From contig OY762897.2 of NCBI GenBank assembly GCA_963666515.2, positions 1,152,001 through 1,216,000 of the forward strand: DNA of 64,000 nt. Reading direction: 5' to 3'. Of this stretch, positions 48,251 through 58,107 are shown piece after piece (position 1 is the stretch's first letter; every line of letters begins with the position of its first letter). The notes beneath the pieces are model-generated. The model was not told the origin of the DNA, made no database searches, and was given only the letters and a program-made list of their open reading frames with translations. A program made the position numbers and the translations under genes. The DNA is from Candidatus Binatia bacterium. Its GTDB lineage: Bacteria > Desulfobacterota > Binatia > UBA9968 > JAJDTQ01.

Positions 48251-50980
48251 ATGCCCGACGTGGAGAACCACGCTGAAGGCCACGGAGCGTTCTGGCCGCG
48301 GCTCTCGGAGCAGCACCTCCGGAACCCCGTGGCGCGGGACGGGGTGCGGACCTACATCGACCTGGGGCGGCAGCGGCTGCTGGAGGCCCACCGGGCCGGG
48401 GCCTCGGGCACGGACGTGGTGCGGGCCCACGGGGAGATGGTCGATTGCCTCCTGCGGCGGCTGTTCGAGACGGCCGTGGACGAGTGCCGCGCTACGCGTC
48501 CGGGGCTCAAGGGCCGTTGCGCCCTGGTGGCCCAGGGCGGATACGGGCGGGGCGAGCTGAACCCCCATTCGGACATCGACGTCCTCTTTCTCTACGGTTG
48601 GCGCGCGGCCTCGTACGTGGAGTGCGTCGCCGAGAAGATCCTCTACCCCTTGTGGGACGCCGGCCTGACGGTGGGCCATGCCACCCGGACGGTGGCGGAA
48701 TGCGCGCGGCACGCACGGAGCGACCACGTGATCCAGACGGCCCTGGTGGACGTACGCCACGTGTGCGGCGACGCGCGCCTGTACCGGGACCTGGAGAAGG
48801 TGGTGTGGCGGCAGCTCAGCGGAAGCGCCCGCGACCGGTTCGTCGAGACCAAGGTCGGCGAGCACGGACGGCGGCGCCAGCGGTACGGCGAGTCGGTGTT
48901 CCTGCTGGAGCCCGACGTGAAGGAGGGCCAGGGCGGCCTGCGCGACATCCATTCCGCCATGTGGATCGCCCGCGCCAAGTGCGGCGCCGTCGGGCTCCGG
49001 GACCTGCCGGGAACGGGCCTGCTGGAGCCCCGGGATACGGCCGCCCTGGAGCGCGGGCGGGACTTCCTCTGGCGCACCCGCAACGAGTTGCATTTCCTGG
49101 CCGGACGGCACCAGGACCGGCTGACCTTCGAGTCCCAGGAGCACGCCGCCCGGGAGCTGGGTTTCGAGCGGGAGGAGCGGTTGAGCGAGGTGGAGACGTT
49201 CATGCGGTCCTACTACCTGCACGCCGAGGAGGTGAGCCGGCTGTCTTCGCTCGTCATTCACCGCGCGGTGGAGCACGACCCCTCCCGGCGCAGGCGGCCC
49301 CGGCCGGGGCGCGAGCTGCGTCCCGGCGTGCGGATCGTGGGACGGACCCTGGCGGCGGCGCCCGAGAACGGCGTCGAGCGCGGTCCCGAAGAGTTGCTGG
49401 GACTCTTCGCGGACCTGCAGAAGTACCGGCTGAGCCTGGGGCAGGACTCGCAGGAGATCGTCAGGGCGCGGGTGAAGGCCACGGGAGAGGAGTTGCCGGG
49501 CTCGGCCGCGGCCAACCGCGCTTTCCTCGGCATCCTGCGCGGCAACGAGTGGATCTACGAGACCCTGCTGGAGATGCATCGGGCCGGGGTGCTGGATGCC
49601 CTGGTCCCCGAGTTCGGCCGGGTGCGCTGCATGGCGCTGCACGACCTCTACCACATCTATACCGTGGACCAGCACCTGATGCGGGCGGTGAAGGAGTTCG
49701 AGCGGCTGCGCTCGGGGGAGTTCGAGGATTCGCTGCCGCGCCTGTCGCAGCTCGCCCGGGAGGTGGAAAGGCCGGAGATCCTGATCCTTGGCATCCTGTT
49801 CCACGACATCGGCAAGGGGCAGGGCGGCGGCCATTCCGAGCTGGGACGGGTGATGGCGCTGGAGGCGGCGCGGCGCATGGGCCTCAACGTGGACGAACAG
49901 GACCTGCTGGCGTTCCTCGTGCTTCATCACCTGCTGCTCACGGGCACGGCTTTCCGCCGCGATATCCAGGACGAGAAGACCGTCGCGGACTTGGCCGACA
50001 TCATGGGCAGCGCGGAGAACCTCAAGGCCCTGTACGTGCTGACGTACTCGGACGTGAAGGCGGTGGGGCCGGACGTGTGGAACACCTGGAAGGCGTCGTT
50101 GCTGGAGGAGCTGTTCAGCCGCACGCTGGAGGTCCTGGAGGAGCGCGAGAAGGGCGAGTCCGGCCGGCCGGACCAGGACCTCAAGGTGCGGCGGATACAG
50201 GACCGGCTCATGGCCCGGCTCGACGCGGAACACCCGGCGGACGAGGTGCGGCGGGATTTCATCGAGGCCATGCCCGGGCGCTACTTCCTCACCACTCCCG
50301 AGGAAGCCATGCCGTTCCACTACCGGCTGCTGCGGCGGCTCCGGGGCGAGCCGTTCCTGGCGGCCGTGTTCCACCATCCGGAGCACGGCCACAGCGAGGT
50401 GGCCATCTGCGCCCAGGACCAGCCCGGACTGTTCGCGTCCATCGCCGGCGTTTTCGCCGCCATGGAGATGAACGTGCTGAGCGCGCGCATCAACACCCGC
50501 CGGGACGGCCGCATCCTCGACGTGTTCCGCATCTCGCACCAGGGCAGGGCCGAGGTGCTCATGGACCCGGGGAAGTGGTCGCGCATGGAGCTGACGCTGG
50601 GGCGGGTCCTGAAGGGCCAGACCGGCGTCGCCGAGCTGGTGGCCCGGTCGCGGCCGGCGTTGTCGCGGAGGCCAGCGGTGAAGGCCCCCACCCAGATCCG
50701 CTGGGACAACGCCGCGTCGGATGACTTCACCATCATCGAGGTCTACACCCGGGACCGGCCGGGGGTTCTCTTCACCATCACCTACCTGCTCTCGAAGCTG
50801 GAGTTCTCCATCCACCTGGCCAAGATCTCCACCGACGTGGACCGGGTGGCCGACGTTTTCTACGTCGCGGACGCGACGGGGAAGAAGATCCTCGACGAGG
50901 GACGCCTGGAAGGGTTGAGGGATGCCCTGCACGACGAACTGGACCCCGAAGATGACCGACGAGCTTACCCGGCCGGTTGA
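48251..50980 (+). CDS. glnD: [Protein-PII] uridylyltransferase
   Basis: GGYGRGEL.PHSDIDV, EPDVKEG.GGLRD, HIYTVDQH, FHDIGKG, two C-terminal ACT domains. Confidence 0.94.
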   Translation: MPDVENHAEGHGAFWPRLSEQHLRNPVARDGVRTYIDLGRQRLLEAHRAGASGTDVVRAHGEMVDCLLRRLFETAVDECRATRPGLKGRCALVAQGGYGRGELNPHSDIDVLFLYGWRAASYVECVAEKILYPLWDAGLTVGHATRTVAECARHARSDHVIQTALVDVRHVCGDARLYRDLEKVVWRQLSGSARDRFVETKVGEHGRRRQRYGESVFLLEPDVKEGQGGLRDIHSAMWIARAKCGAVGLRDLPGTGLLEPRDTAALERGRDFLWRTRNELHFLAGRHQDRLTFESQEHAARELGFEREERLSEVETFMRSYYLHAEEVSRLSSLVIHRAVEHDPSRRRRPRPGRELRPGVRIVGRTLAAAPENGVERGPEELLGLFADLQKYRLSLGQDSQEIVRARVKATGEELPGSAAANRAFLGILRGNEWIYETLLEMHRAGVLDALVPEFGRVRCMALHDLYHIYTVDQHLMRAVKEFERLRSGEFEDSLPRLSQLAREVERPEILILGILFHDIGKGQGGGHSELGRVMALEAARRMGLNVDEQDLLAFLVLHHLLLTGTAFRRDIQDEKTVADLADIMGSAENLKALYVLTYSDVKAVGPDVWNTWKASLLEELFSRTLEVLEEREKGESGRPDQDLKVRRIQDRLMARLDAEHPADEVRRDFIEAMPGRYFLTTPEEAMPFHYRLLRRLRGEPFLAAVFHHPEHGHSEVAICAQDQPGLFASIAGVFAAMEMNVLSARINTRRDGRILDVFRISHQGRAEVLMDPGKWSRMELTLGRVLKGQTGVAELVARSRPALSRRPAVKAPTQIRWDNAASDDFTIIEVYTRDRPGVLFTITYLLSKLEFSIHLAKISTDVDRVADVFYVADATGKKILDEGRLEGLRDALHDELDPEDDRRAYPAG

Positions 50981-51869
50981 CCTGTTCATCGAGATGTCAG
51001 CCGTGGAGCGGGGGTTGGCGGCCAACACCCTGGAGGCCTATAGCCGCGACCTGAACCGCCTGGCGGAGTTCCTCTCGCGGCGCGGCGTCCGCGCCTGGGG
51101 GGACGCCGGCAAGTCGGACCTGAGGGCGTACATCGCCGATCTCAGGGACTGCGGGCTGAGCGAGCGCTCGGTCGTGCGCCTGTTGGGCAGCATGCGGCGG
51201 TTCTATCGCTTCCTGCTCAAGGAGGAGTTGGTATCGAGCGACCCGCTGCCCGAGTTTTCGTCCCGCGGCGCCGCCGGCCGCCTTCCCGACACCCTGGGCA
51301 GCGCGGACATGCGCGCGCTGCTGGAGCAGCCCGAAGAAGCGAAACCCCTGGGCGCCCGGGACCGCGCCATGCTGGAGTTGCTCTACGGCAGCGGACTGCG
51401 GGTCTCGGAGCTGGTCTCGCTGACGCTCAGGCAGGTCAACCTGGAGGGCAACTACCTGACCGTCAAGGGGAAGGGGGCGAAGGTGCGCCTGGTCCCGTTC
51501 GGCCGCTGGGCGCGGGACCGCCTGCAGCGTTACCTCAAGGAGGTCCGCCCGCGCTTCCTGACGCGCGGTTACAGCGACTACGTGTTCCTCACGCGTTCGG
51601 GCAAGCCGCTCACGCGCCAGGGGTTCTGGAAGCTGCTGCGCGGATACGCCCGCCGGGCCGGGTTGCAGCACCGCGTCACCCCCCATACGCTGCGCCATTC
51701 GTTCGCGACCCACCTGCTGGAGGGAGGCGCCGACCTGCGCGCGGTCCAGTCGATGCTCGGGCATTCGGACATCGCCACCACCCAGATATACACCCACGTG
51801 AGCCGGAGCCGCATCAAGAAGGTCCACCGGCAGTTCCATCCCCGCGAGGCCCCGGACGCCAAGCGTTAG
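50952..51869 (+). CDS. xerD: Site-specific tyrosine recombinase XerD
   Basis: ERGLAANT..AY.RDL, LLYGSGLRVSEL, TRQGFW, HTLRHSFATHLL.GGADLR.VQ.MLGH.DI.TTQIY. Confidence 0.93.
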   Translation: MTDELTRPVDLFIEMSAVERGLAANTLEAYSRDLNRLAEFLSRRGVRAWGDAGKSDLRAYIADLRDCGLSERSVVRLLGSMRRFYRFLLKEELVSSDPLPEFSSRGAAGRLPDTLGSADMRALLEQPEEAKPLGARDRAMLELLYGSGLRVSELVSLTLRQVNLEGNYLTVKGKGAKVRLVPFGRWARDRLQRYLKEVRPRFLTRGYSDYVFLTRSGKPLTRQGFWKLLRGYARRAGLQHRVTPHTLRHSFATHLLEGGADLRAVQSMLGHSDIATTQIYTHVSRSRIKKVHRQFHPREAPDAKR

Positions 51870-51929
51870 CGGCTTCCGGGACGCGGAAGCCGTGTTGTGT
51901 TTTCGCAACGCGTCACTTAAAAATGTCCA

Positions 51930-52586
51930 ATGCCTCAAGAGTTCCTGTGGCAGTTGTCCATCTGGGCGTTCCCGGTCCTGGTGGCCATCGTCTTTCACGA
52001 GGTGGCCCACGGCTGGGTGGCTTACCGATTGGGCGATCCAACCGCCGCGGTCATGGGGCGCCTGACCCTGAACCCCTTGTCCCACATCGACGTCATCGGA
52101 ACGGTGCTGCTCCCGGCCCTGCTGATCTGGGCCGGCGGGCCGGTGTTCGGCTACGCCAAGCCGGTCCCGGTGGACTACGGCAACCTGAAGGATCCGCGGC
52201 GCGACATGATATGGGTGGCGCTGGCGGGGCCGGGCGCCAATCTCATTCTGGCCGTCCTGAGCCTGATGCTGGTGAAGTTCATCCTGATGGGCGGGGGCGT
52301 GGTGACCGGCTCGGTATCCGAGTACCTGTGGTACATGTGCCTGACCAGCGTCCGCATCAACGTCATGCTGGCGGTGTTCAACGTCCTGCCGGTGCCGCCG
52401 CTGGACGGGGGCCGGGTGCTGGTGGGCCTTTTGCCGGAGCCGCAGGCGATGCAGGTGGCCCGCGTCGAGCCCTTCGGCCTCATCATCGTGGTCGCGCTGC
52501 TGATGACCGGAGCGTTGACCTACACGCTGGTGCCGATCATGGACTTCGTGGTCTGGTTTCTGGCCGTCCTCGTCGGAGTCGTGTAA
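51930..52586 (+). CDS. Site-2 protease (M50) family protein
   Basis: HEVAH, LNPLSHID, AKPVP, FNVLPVPPLDG. Confidence 0.92.
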   Translation: MPQEFLWQLSIWAFPVLVAIVFHEVAHGWVAYRLGDPTAAVMGRLTLNPLSHIDVIGTVLLPALLIWAGGPVFGYAKPVPVDYGNLKDPRRDMIWVALAGPGANLILAVLSLMLVKFILMGGGVVTGSVSEYLWYMCLTSVRINVMLAVFNVLPVPPLDGGRVLVGLLPEPQAMQVARVEPFGLIIVVALLMTGALTYTLVPIMDFVVWFLAVLVGVV

Positions 52587-52596
52587 GCTGAGACCC

Positions 52597-53574
52597 ATGG
52601 AAACCATCGTAAGCGGGGCGCGCCCCACCGGACTTCTTCACCTCGGTCATCTCCACGGCGCCCTGCGCAACTGGGCCGCATTGCAGGAGAGCTACCGCTG
52701 CTTCTTCTTCGTCGCCGACTGGCACGCGCTGACCACCGACTACCAGGCCCCGGACAACATCACGGAAGGGACCCGGGCCATGGTGGCCGAATGGCTCAGC
52801 GTCGGCCTCGACCCGGCAAAGTGCACCATCTTCCGCCAGTCCGACATCAAGGAGCACGCCGAGCTTCACCTCCTCCTGTCGATGCTGACGCCGGTGTCCT
52901 GGCTGGAGCGGAATCCCACCTACAAGGAGCAGTTGCGGGAGATCAGCGAACGGGACCTGTCCACCTACGGCTTCCTCGGCTACCCGGTGCTGCAGGCCGC
53001 GGACATCATCATGTACAAGGCCCACCGGGTGCCCGTGGGCGAGGACCAGGCCCCCCACGTGGAGTTGACGCGCGAGATCGTCCGCCGGTTCAACAGCTTC
53101 TACGGCCCGGTCTTCCCGGAACCGGAAGTGCTGCTTACGGAGACCCGGCGGCTGCCGGGCCTGGACGGGCGCAAGATGAGCAAGAGCTACGGCAACTCGG
53201 TGCTGCTCTCGGATACTCCCGAGGCCATCGACCGGAAGCTGAGCCGCATGGTGACCGACACCGCGCGCGCCCGGCGGACGGACCCCGGCGAGCCGGAGAA
53301 GTGTCCGGCCTTCAACCTGCACAAGATCTACTGCACTCCCGAGGAGATCCAGGAGGTGTCCGAGGGATGCCGCAGCGCCGGCATCGGCTGCCTCGACTGC
53401 AAGAAGGTGATGATCCGCCACGTCATCGACGACCTGGCGCCGTTCCGGGAGAAGAAGGCCCACTACGAGAAGCGTCCGGACGACATCCGCGACGTGATCG
53501 CCGAGGGCAACCGGGTCGCCGGCGAGCAGGCCGCGGAGACCATGAGCGAGGTGCGGTCGGCGTTGACGCTCTGA
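52597..53574 (+). CDS. trpS: Tryptophan--tRNA ligase
   Basis: SGARPTG.LHLGH, YPVLQAADI, VPVGEDQ, KMSKS. Confidence 0.96.
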   Translation: METIVSGARPTGLLHLGHLHGALRNWAALQESYRCFFFVADWHALTTDYQAPDNITEGTRAMVAEWLSVGLDPAKCTIFRQSDIKEHAELHLLLSMLTPVSWLERNPTYKEQLREISERDLSTYGFLGYPVLQAADIIMYKAHRVPVGEDQAPHVELTREIVRRFNSFYGPVFPEPEVLLTETRRLPGLDGRKMSKSYGNSVLLSDTPEAIDRKLSRMVTDTARARRTDPGEPEKCPAFNLHKIYCTPEEIQEVSEGCRSAGIGCLDCKKVMIRHVIDDLAPFREKKAHYEKRPDDIRDVIAEGNRVAGEQAAETMSEVRSALTL

Positions 53575-53586
53575 GCGGCTCCGGTC

Positions 53587-54342
53587 ATGGCGGTGCACGT
53601 TCAACTGCAGATCTACGAAGGTCCCCTGGACCTGCTGCTCCACCTGATCAGGAAGAACGAGCTGAGCATCACCGACGTTCCCATCGCGTCCATCACCGAG
53701 CAGTATCTCGCGGCGCTGGATCTGATGCAGGGTCTCAACCTCGACGTTTCCGGGGAGTACCTGGTCATGGCCGCGACCCTGCTGCACATCAAGTCGAAGA
53801 CGCTGTTGCCCGCCGAGGAAGCGGACGACGACGAAGACGAGGAGGGCGGCGATACCCGCGAAGAGCTGATCCGCCGCCTGCTGGAGTACGAGCGCTTCAA
53901 GAACGCGGCGCGGGAGCTGGAAGAGCGGGAGATACTCAACCGGGACGTGTTCGTCCGGCAGGGGCGCTCCGAGCGCGTGACCGACGTGAGCTTCGAGCAG
54001 CTTTCGGTGTTCGACCTGATGTCGGCGCTGCAACGGGTGCTGGAACGGTTTCCGGGGCCTTCCGTGCACACGGTGGTGCAGGAGACGGTGTCGGTGCGGG
54101 AGCGCATGACCTACGTCCTCGACGAGCTGCACCGGAGGTCGTCGGTGGCGTTCCACGAGCTGTTCGACTCGGCGCGCACGCGAATGGAGGTGGTGGTGAC
54201 CTTCCTGGCCCTGCTGGAGCTGATCCGCATCAGGGCCGTGCACGCCTTCCAGAAGGAGCGCCTGGGCCCCATCGTCATGGAGCCGATGCTGTCCCTTTCC
54301 GAAGCCAACGCGGCCATGGACGCCGGGACCCCGGAGGACTGA
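53587..54342 (+). CDS. scpA: Segregation and condensation protein A
   Basis: YEGPLDLLLHLI, EYLVMAATL..IKS..LLP, FLALLEL. Confidence 0.94.
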   Translation: MAVHVQLQIYEGPLDLLLHLIRKNELSITDVPIASITEQYLAALDLMQGLNLDVSGEYLVMAATLLHIKSKTLLPAEEADDDEDEEGGDTREELIRRLLEYERFKNAARELEEREILNRDVFVRQGRSERVTDVSFEQLSVFDLMSALQRVLERFPGPSVHTVVQETVSVRERMTYVLDELHRRSSVAFHELFDSARTRMEVVVTFLALLELIRIRAVHAFQKERLGPIVMEPMLSLSEANAAMDAGTPED

Positions 54343-54375
54343 CCCGGACGGCCTCCTGTCAGCGGGGACACCATC

Positions 54376-55014
54376 ATGGAGAACGAGCAGCTCAAGGCGG
54401 TCATCGAGAGCCTCCTGCTGGCGGCGGATGGCCCGGTGTCCGCGGACCGGTTGCGGAACGCCGTGGGCGACGAGATCCCGCGCAAGCAGATCACCGACGC
54501 CCTTGGGGAGTTGCGGGACGAGTACGAACGGACCGGCCGGGGCCTGCGGCTCGCCGAGGTGGCCAACGGCTACCAGTTGAGGACCCCCCGCGAGCACGCG
54601 GAGTTCGTCCGGCGGCTCACCGCCGTCAGGCCCGCGCGTATGAGCCGGGCGAACCTGGAGACCCTGGCCATCATCGCCTACCGCCAGCCCGTGACCCGGG
54701 CGGAGATCGAGGATATCCGCGGGGTCAACGTGGACGGCGTCGTATCCACGCTGCTGGAGCGGCGGCTGATCCGCATCGTGGCGCGGAAGGACGTGCCGGG
54801 AAAGCCCTTTCTCTACGGCACCACCCGCGAGTTCCTGGAGGCGTTCAACCTCAAGGACCTGAAGAGCCTGCCGACCCTCCAGGAGATGGAGGACATGCCC
54901 CAGGCGTTGCGGGAGCCCGGGGACGGCGAACCGGATGGCTCCGCGACCGACGCCGAACAAGCTCCCGACGGCGGAGAAGAATCACCGGCGGGCGAGAAAG
55001 GCGATACGGATTGA
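54376..55014 (+). CDS. scpB: Segregation and condensation protein B
   Basis: LETLAIIAYRQPVTRAEIEDIRGV, PGKP.LYGTT..FL. Confidence 0.95.
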   Translation: MENEQLKAVIESLLLAADGPVSADRLRNAVGDEIPRKQITDALGELRDEYERTGRGLRLAEVANGYQLRTPREHAEFVRRLTAVRPARMSRANLETLAIIAYRQPVTRAEIEDIRGVNVDGVVSTLLERRLIRIVARKDVPGKPFLYGTTREFLEAFNLKDLKSLPTLQEMEDMPQALREPGDGEPDGSATDAEQAPDGGEESPAGEKGDTD

Positions 55015-55017
55015 GCC

Positions 55018-55746
55018 GTGGAACGGCTTCAAAGGATCATCGCGCACGCGGGGCTGGCTTCGAGGCGCCAGGCGGAACAGTGGATCCTCGAAGGTCGCAT
55101 CACGGTCAACGGACGCCGGGTCCGGGAGCTGGGGACCCGCGCCGATGCCGCCCGTGACAGCATCCGGGTGGACGGACGGGTGCTGCGGCCCGCGGCGTCC
55201 CGGATATACCTCGCGTTCCACAAGCCCGCCGGCGTCATCACCACCATGCGGGACACCGAAGGTCGGCCCTCGGTAGCGGAGTACCTCCGCGCGGGCGGCC
55301 ATCCGCAAGGCGTGGTTCCCGCGGGGCGCTTGGACTACGCCACTTCCGGCCTCCTGCTGCTCACCAACGACGGCGACCTGGCCCACCGCCTCACCCATCC
55401 CCGCTACGGCGTCCCCAAGACCTACGAGGTCAAGCTGAGCGGGATGCCTTCCGAAGCCCAACTGGAGCGGCTGCGGCGCGGGGTGAGGCTGGACGACGGG
55501 GTAACGGCGCCGGCGGACGTGAGGGTGTTGCGGCGGCTGAAGCAGAAGGTGTGGCTCCAGGTCGAGCTGCGGGAGGGGCGCAACCGGGAGATCCGCAGGA
55601 TGGTGGAAGCCGTGGGACACACGGTGGAGCGGCTCGTGAGAAGCCGCTTCGGCCCCGTCGCCCTCGGCCAACTGGGCCGGGGCGAGATGCGTCCCCTGAC
55701 CGAGGCGGAGGTGGTGCGGCTCAGGCGGGCGGTGTCGCTGGCGTAG
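55018..55746 (+). CDS. rluB: rRNA pseudouridine synthase (RluB/RsuA family)
   Basis: S4 domain ERLQRIIA.AG.ASRR, GRLDYATSGLLLLTNDG, EGRNREIRRM. Confidence 0.88.
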   Translation: MERLQRIIAHAGLASRRQAEQWILEGRITVNGRRVRELGTRADAARDSIRVDGRVLRPAASRIYLAFHKPAGVITTMRDTEGRPSVAEYLRAGGHPQGVVPAGRLDYATSGLLLLTNDGDLAHRLTHPRYGVPKTYEVKLSGMPSEAQLERLRRGVRLDDGVTAPADVRVLRRLKQKVWLQVELREGRNREIRRMVEAVGHTVERLVRSRFGPVALGQLGRGEMRPLTEAEVVRLRRAVSLA

Positions 55747-55776
55747 GGCGGTTTACGATACCGGGGAGAGCAGTCC

Positions 55777-56337
55777 ATGGCGACCCACGATCATCATCAC
55801 CACGCGCATCACCACCACGGAGGCGGCGGCTACCGTTTCTGTCCCCGTTGTGCCGGGACGTTGACGCCGCGCGTGGTCAAGAGCAACGAGCCCAAGCGCT
55901 TGGTCTGCGAGAAGTGCTCCTTCATCTTCTACCAGGACCCCAAGGTGGTGGCCGGAACCATCTGCACCCTGGACGGCGGCGTGGTGCTGCTGCGCCGCGG
56001 CATCGAGCCGGCCATGGGGATGTGGGTCTTCCCCGGCGGCTACGTGGACCGGGGCGAGAGCACCACCGAGGCCGCGGTCCGCGAGACCTGGGAGGAGAGC
56101 AACCTGGAGGTGGCGACGCGGTCGCTCCTGGGGGTCTATTCCTACTCTGGCTCGCCCAACGTGATCATCGTCTACGTCGCCGAGGTGCTGGGAGGGACCC
56201 TGACGGCCGGGGACGAGAGCACCGAGGCCGGGACCTTTCCGCTGTCGCGGATTCCCTGGGACCATCTCGCCTTTCCCAGCACGGTGGAAGCCCTCAGGGA
56301 TTTCGAGCGTTTCTACGGGAAAGGACAACTGTGTTAA
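55777..56337 (+). CDS. NUDIX hydrolase with His-rich N-terminus and Zn ribbon
   Basis: [16 protein letters not shown]...[13 protein letters not shown]....AAVRETWEE. Confidence 0.87.
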   Translation: MATHDHHHHAHHHHGGGGYRFCPRCAGTLTPRVVKSNEPKRLVCEKCSFIFYQDPKVVAGTICTLDGGVVLLRRGIEPAMGMWVFPGGYVDRGESTTEAAVRETWEESNLEVATRSLLGVYSYSGSPNVIIVYVAEVLGGTLTAGDESTEAGTFPLSRIPWDHLAFPSTVEALRDFERFYGKGQLC

Positions 56338-56383
56338 TGAAGAAGAGGTTCGCAGAAAATCAATTCGGAAAGGAGATTCTTTG

Positions 56384-56842
56384 ATGGCGATGCCAAACGT
56401 GGGGGAAAAGGCCCCCGAGTTCAGCCTGCCAGTCACCCGGGAAGAGAACGTGTCCCTGAGCGACTACGCGGGCAAGAAGAACGTCGTGCTGGCGTTCTAT
56501 CCGCTGGATTTCACCGGCGGCTGAAAGCAGGAATTGAGCAACTTCGAGGCTGACAAGGCCAGCTTCGAAGCCAAAGACGCTCAGGTCCTGAGCGTAAGTG
56601 TCGATTCGGTGTTCGCCCACAAGGCGTTTGCCGAGCAGATGGGCGGGATCAGCTTCCCGATGCTGTCGGACTTCTATCCCCACGGCGCGGTCTGCGAGCA
56701 GTACGACTGCCTGCGCGACCAGGGTTTTCCCAAGAGAGCTGTCTTCATCATCGACAAGCAGGGGACCGTGCGGTACTCCAAGCTCTACGAGGGCGGCATC
56801 CCGGAGAACGCGGAACTGCTGGCGGAACTCGACAAGCTGTAG
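56384..56842 (+). CDS. Selenocysteine-containing peroxiredoxin (AhpE-like); TGA at 56522-56524 read as Sec47
   Basis: Continuous frame [13 protein letters not shown]...[19 protein letters not shown]...SDFYPHGAV...[10 protein letters not shown]; TGA occupies the C of PxxxTxxC; AAAGGAG RBS. Confidence 0.85.
56542..56570 (+). promoter_or_regulatory. Candidate bacterial SECIS hairpin
   Basis: CTTCGAGGCTG-ACAAGGC-CAGCTTCGAAG, an 11-bp stem with one G-U pair, starting 17 nt after the TGA. Confidence 0.55.
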
Positions 56843-56865
56843 CCGCGTTTATCGCAGAGAATCGG

Positions 56866-56895
56866 AACAGGGGCGGCGTGTGCGTCGCCCCTGTT
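56866..56895. terminator. Hairpin or terminator between convergent peroxiredoxin and ygfZ genes
   Basis: AACAGGGGCGGCG-TGTG-CGTCGCCCCTGTT. Confidence 0.6.
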
Positions 56896-56965
56896 TCCGT
56901 TTGCGGTCCGGGAATCCTTCGCCTTGCGTCGCTTCTGGCGTCGCCGGCCTCGCGTGGTGGCGGTG

Positions 56966-58027
56966 TCAGAAGGGCAGCGAGTGCACCACCGCTGGGATCT
57001 TCTCGTCCCCGTGCCCGATGGTGACGTCGCTGCCGGGCTCGATGTAGTCTCGATGGACGTAGCCGAGGGCGATGGGGCACCCGAGCCGCGGTGAGGTCGC
57101 GGCGCTGGTGACGCGGCCGATGCTGCGGTCCTCCCCGAGCACCGGGTCGCCCGGGTCCGGGACGGTGCCGCCCCGGATCTCCAGACCCACGAGCTTCCGG
57201 TTCACGTGGCCCCGGGAGTGGATGCGCTCCACGGTTTCCTGTCCGAGATAGCATCCTTTGGTGAAGCTGACGGAGCCGTCCAGGCAGGTCTCCAGCAGCA
57301 GCGTGTCCGCGTCCATGTCGATCCCGTACCGGGGAATCCCGGCCTCGATTCGAAGGGTCTCCTGAGCCTCCAGCCCGATCCACGGGATGTTCCGCGCCGC
57401 CGGGTGCGCCGCCACGGCCGGGAGTCCATCCCGCGACACCACTAGATCAAAGCCGCTTTCTCCGGTGTGCGTCGCCCGCACGACCCGGAGCCGGATGCCG
57501 GCGCATTCGACTTCCCCATGGCGCAACTCCCCGGCCGGCAACGAACCGGCATCCAGAAGCTCGGACAGGGCGGTTTCCGCCCGCGGCCCCTGGACCGACA
57601 GCATGGCCAGACCGGGGGACAGGTCTGCGATTTCCACTTCGTCCGCGATCAGGTAACGGTCCAGGTGCTCCAGGACGCCGGAGACGAGGGGCTCGTCCAG
57701 GTCCACGAGGAAAGCGTCGCCGGTGCGGAACACCCGTACGTCCGCCAGTATCTTCCCCTGGATGTTCAGCACCGCGGCAGGCACGCCTTCGCCCGCGCCG
57801 AGGGCCTTGACGTCGTTGGAGAGCATGCCCTGAAGCCACTCGGCGCTGTCCGGCCCGCTGACGGAGAGCAGGGTCCGGTCCGCCAAGTCGTGCCAGCCAG
57901 CGGCGGAACGTACCGCGTCGTACTCCGCGGCGGCGTTGCCGAAACGGGCCGGCAGCCTCCATCCCCCGCGCTCGAGGAAGACCGCGCCGTTCCCTTTGTG
58001 GAAGTCGTCGAGGGACGATATCTTCAT
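56966..58027 (-). CDS. ygfZ: YgfZ/GcvT-like folate-binding protein
   Basis: WLQGMLSND, LRIEAGIP.YG, signature KGCYLGQE. Confidence 0.85.
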   Translation of the reverse strand: MKISSLDDFHKGNGAVFLERGGWRLPARFGNAAAEYDAVRSAAGWHDLADRTLLSVSGPDSAEWLQGMLSNDVKALGAGEGVPAAVLNIQGKILADVRVFRTGDAFLVDLDEPLVSGVLEHLDRYLIADEVEIADLSPGLAMLSVQGPRAETALSELLDAGSLPAGELRHGEVECAGIRLRVVRATHTGESGFDLVVSRDGLPAVAAHPAARNIPWIGLEAQETLRIEAGIPRYGIDMDADTLLLETCLDGSVSFTKGCYLGQETVERIHSRGHVNRKLVGLEIRGGTVPDPGDPVLGEDRSIGRVTSAATSPRLGCPIALGYVHRDYIEPGSDVTIGHGDEKIPAVVHSLPF

Positions 58028-58037
58028 GGCGACGGTT

Positions 58038-58066
58038 ACCGTAACCGGGTTGGCGCCGCATGGCAA
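58038..58066 (-). promoter_or_regulatory. Putative ygfZ promoter overlapped by a palindrome
   Basis: Minus strand TTGCCA-N17-TACGGT, 10 nt before ATG; CGGTTAC-C-GTAACCG at 58033-58047. Confidence 0.45.
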
Positions 58067-58107
58067 CGGGCTTCGCCGGCGGCCCGTGACGAACGGGGGA
58101 CGAGAGC

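Noticed and set aside
50952-51869. Integrase or mobile element
   Set aside because: It has XerD-type motifs in a housekeeping glnD-xerD-S2P-trpS-scpAB context, with no att sites or cargo
56384-56842. Peroxiredoxin pseudogene
   Set aside because: A single TGA exactly at the catalytic Cys, with intact flanks, an RBS and a downstream hairpin, fits Sec recoding better than decay
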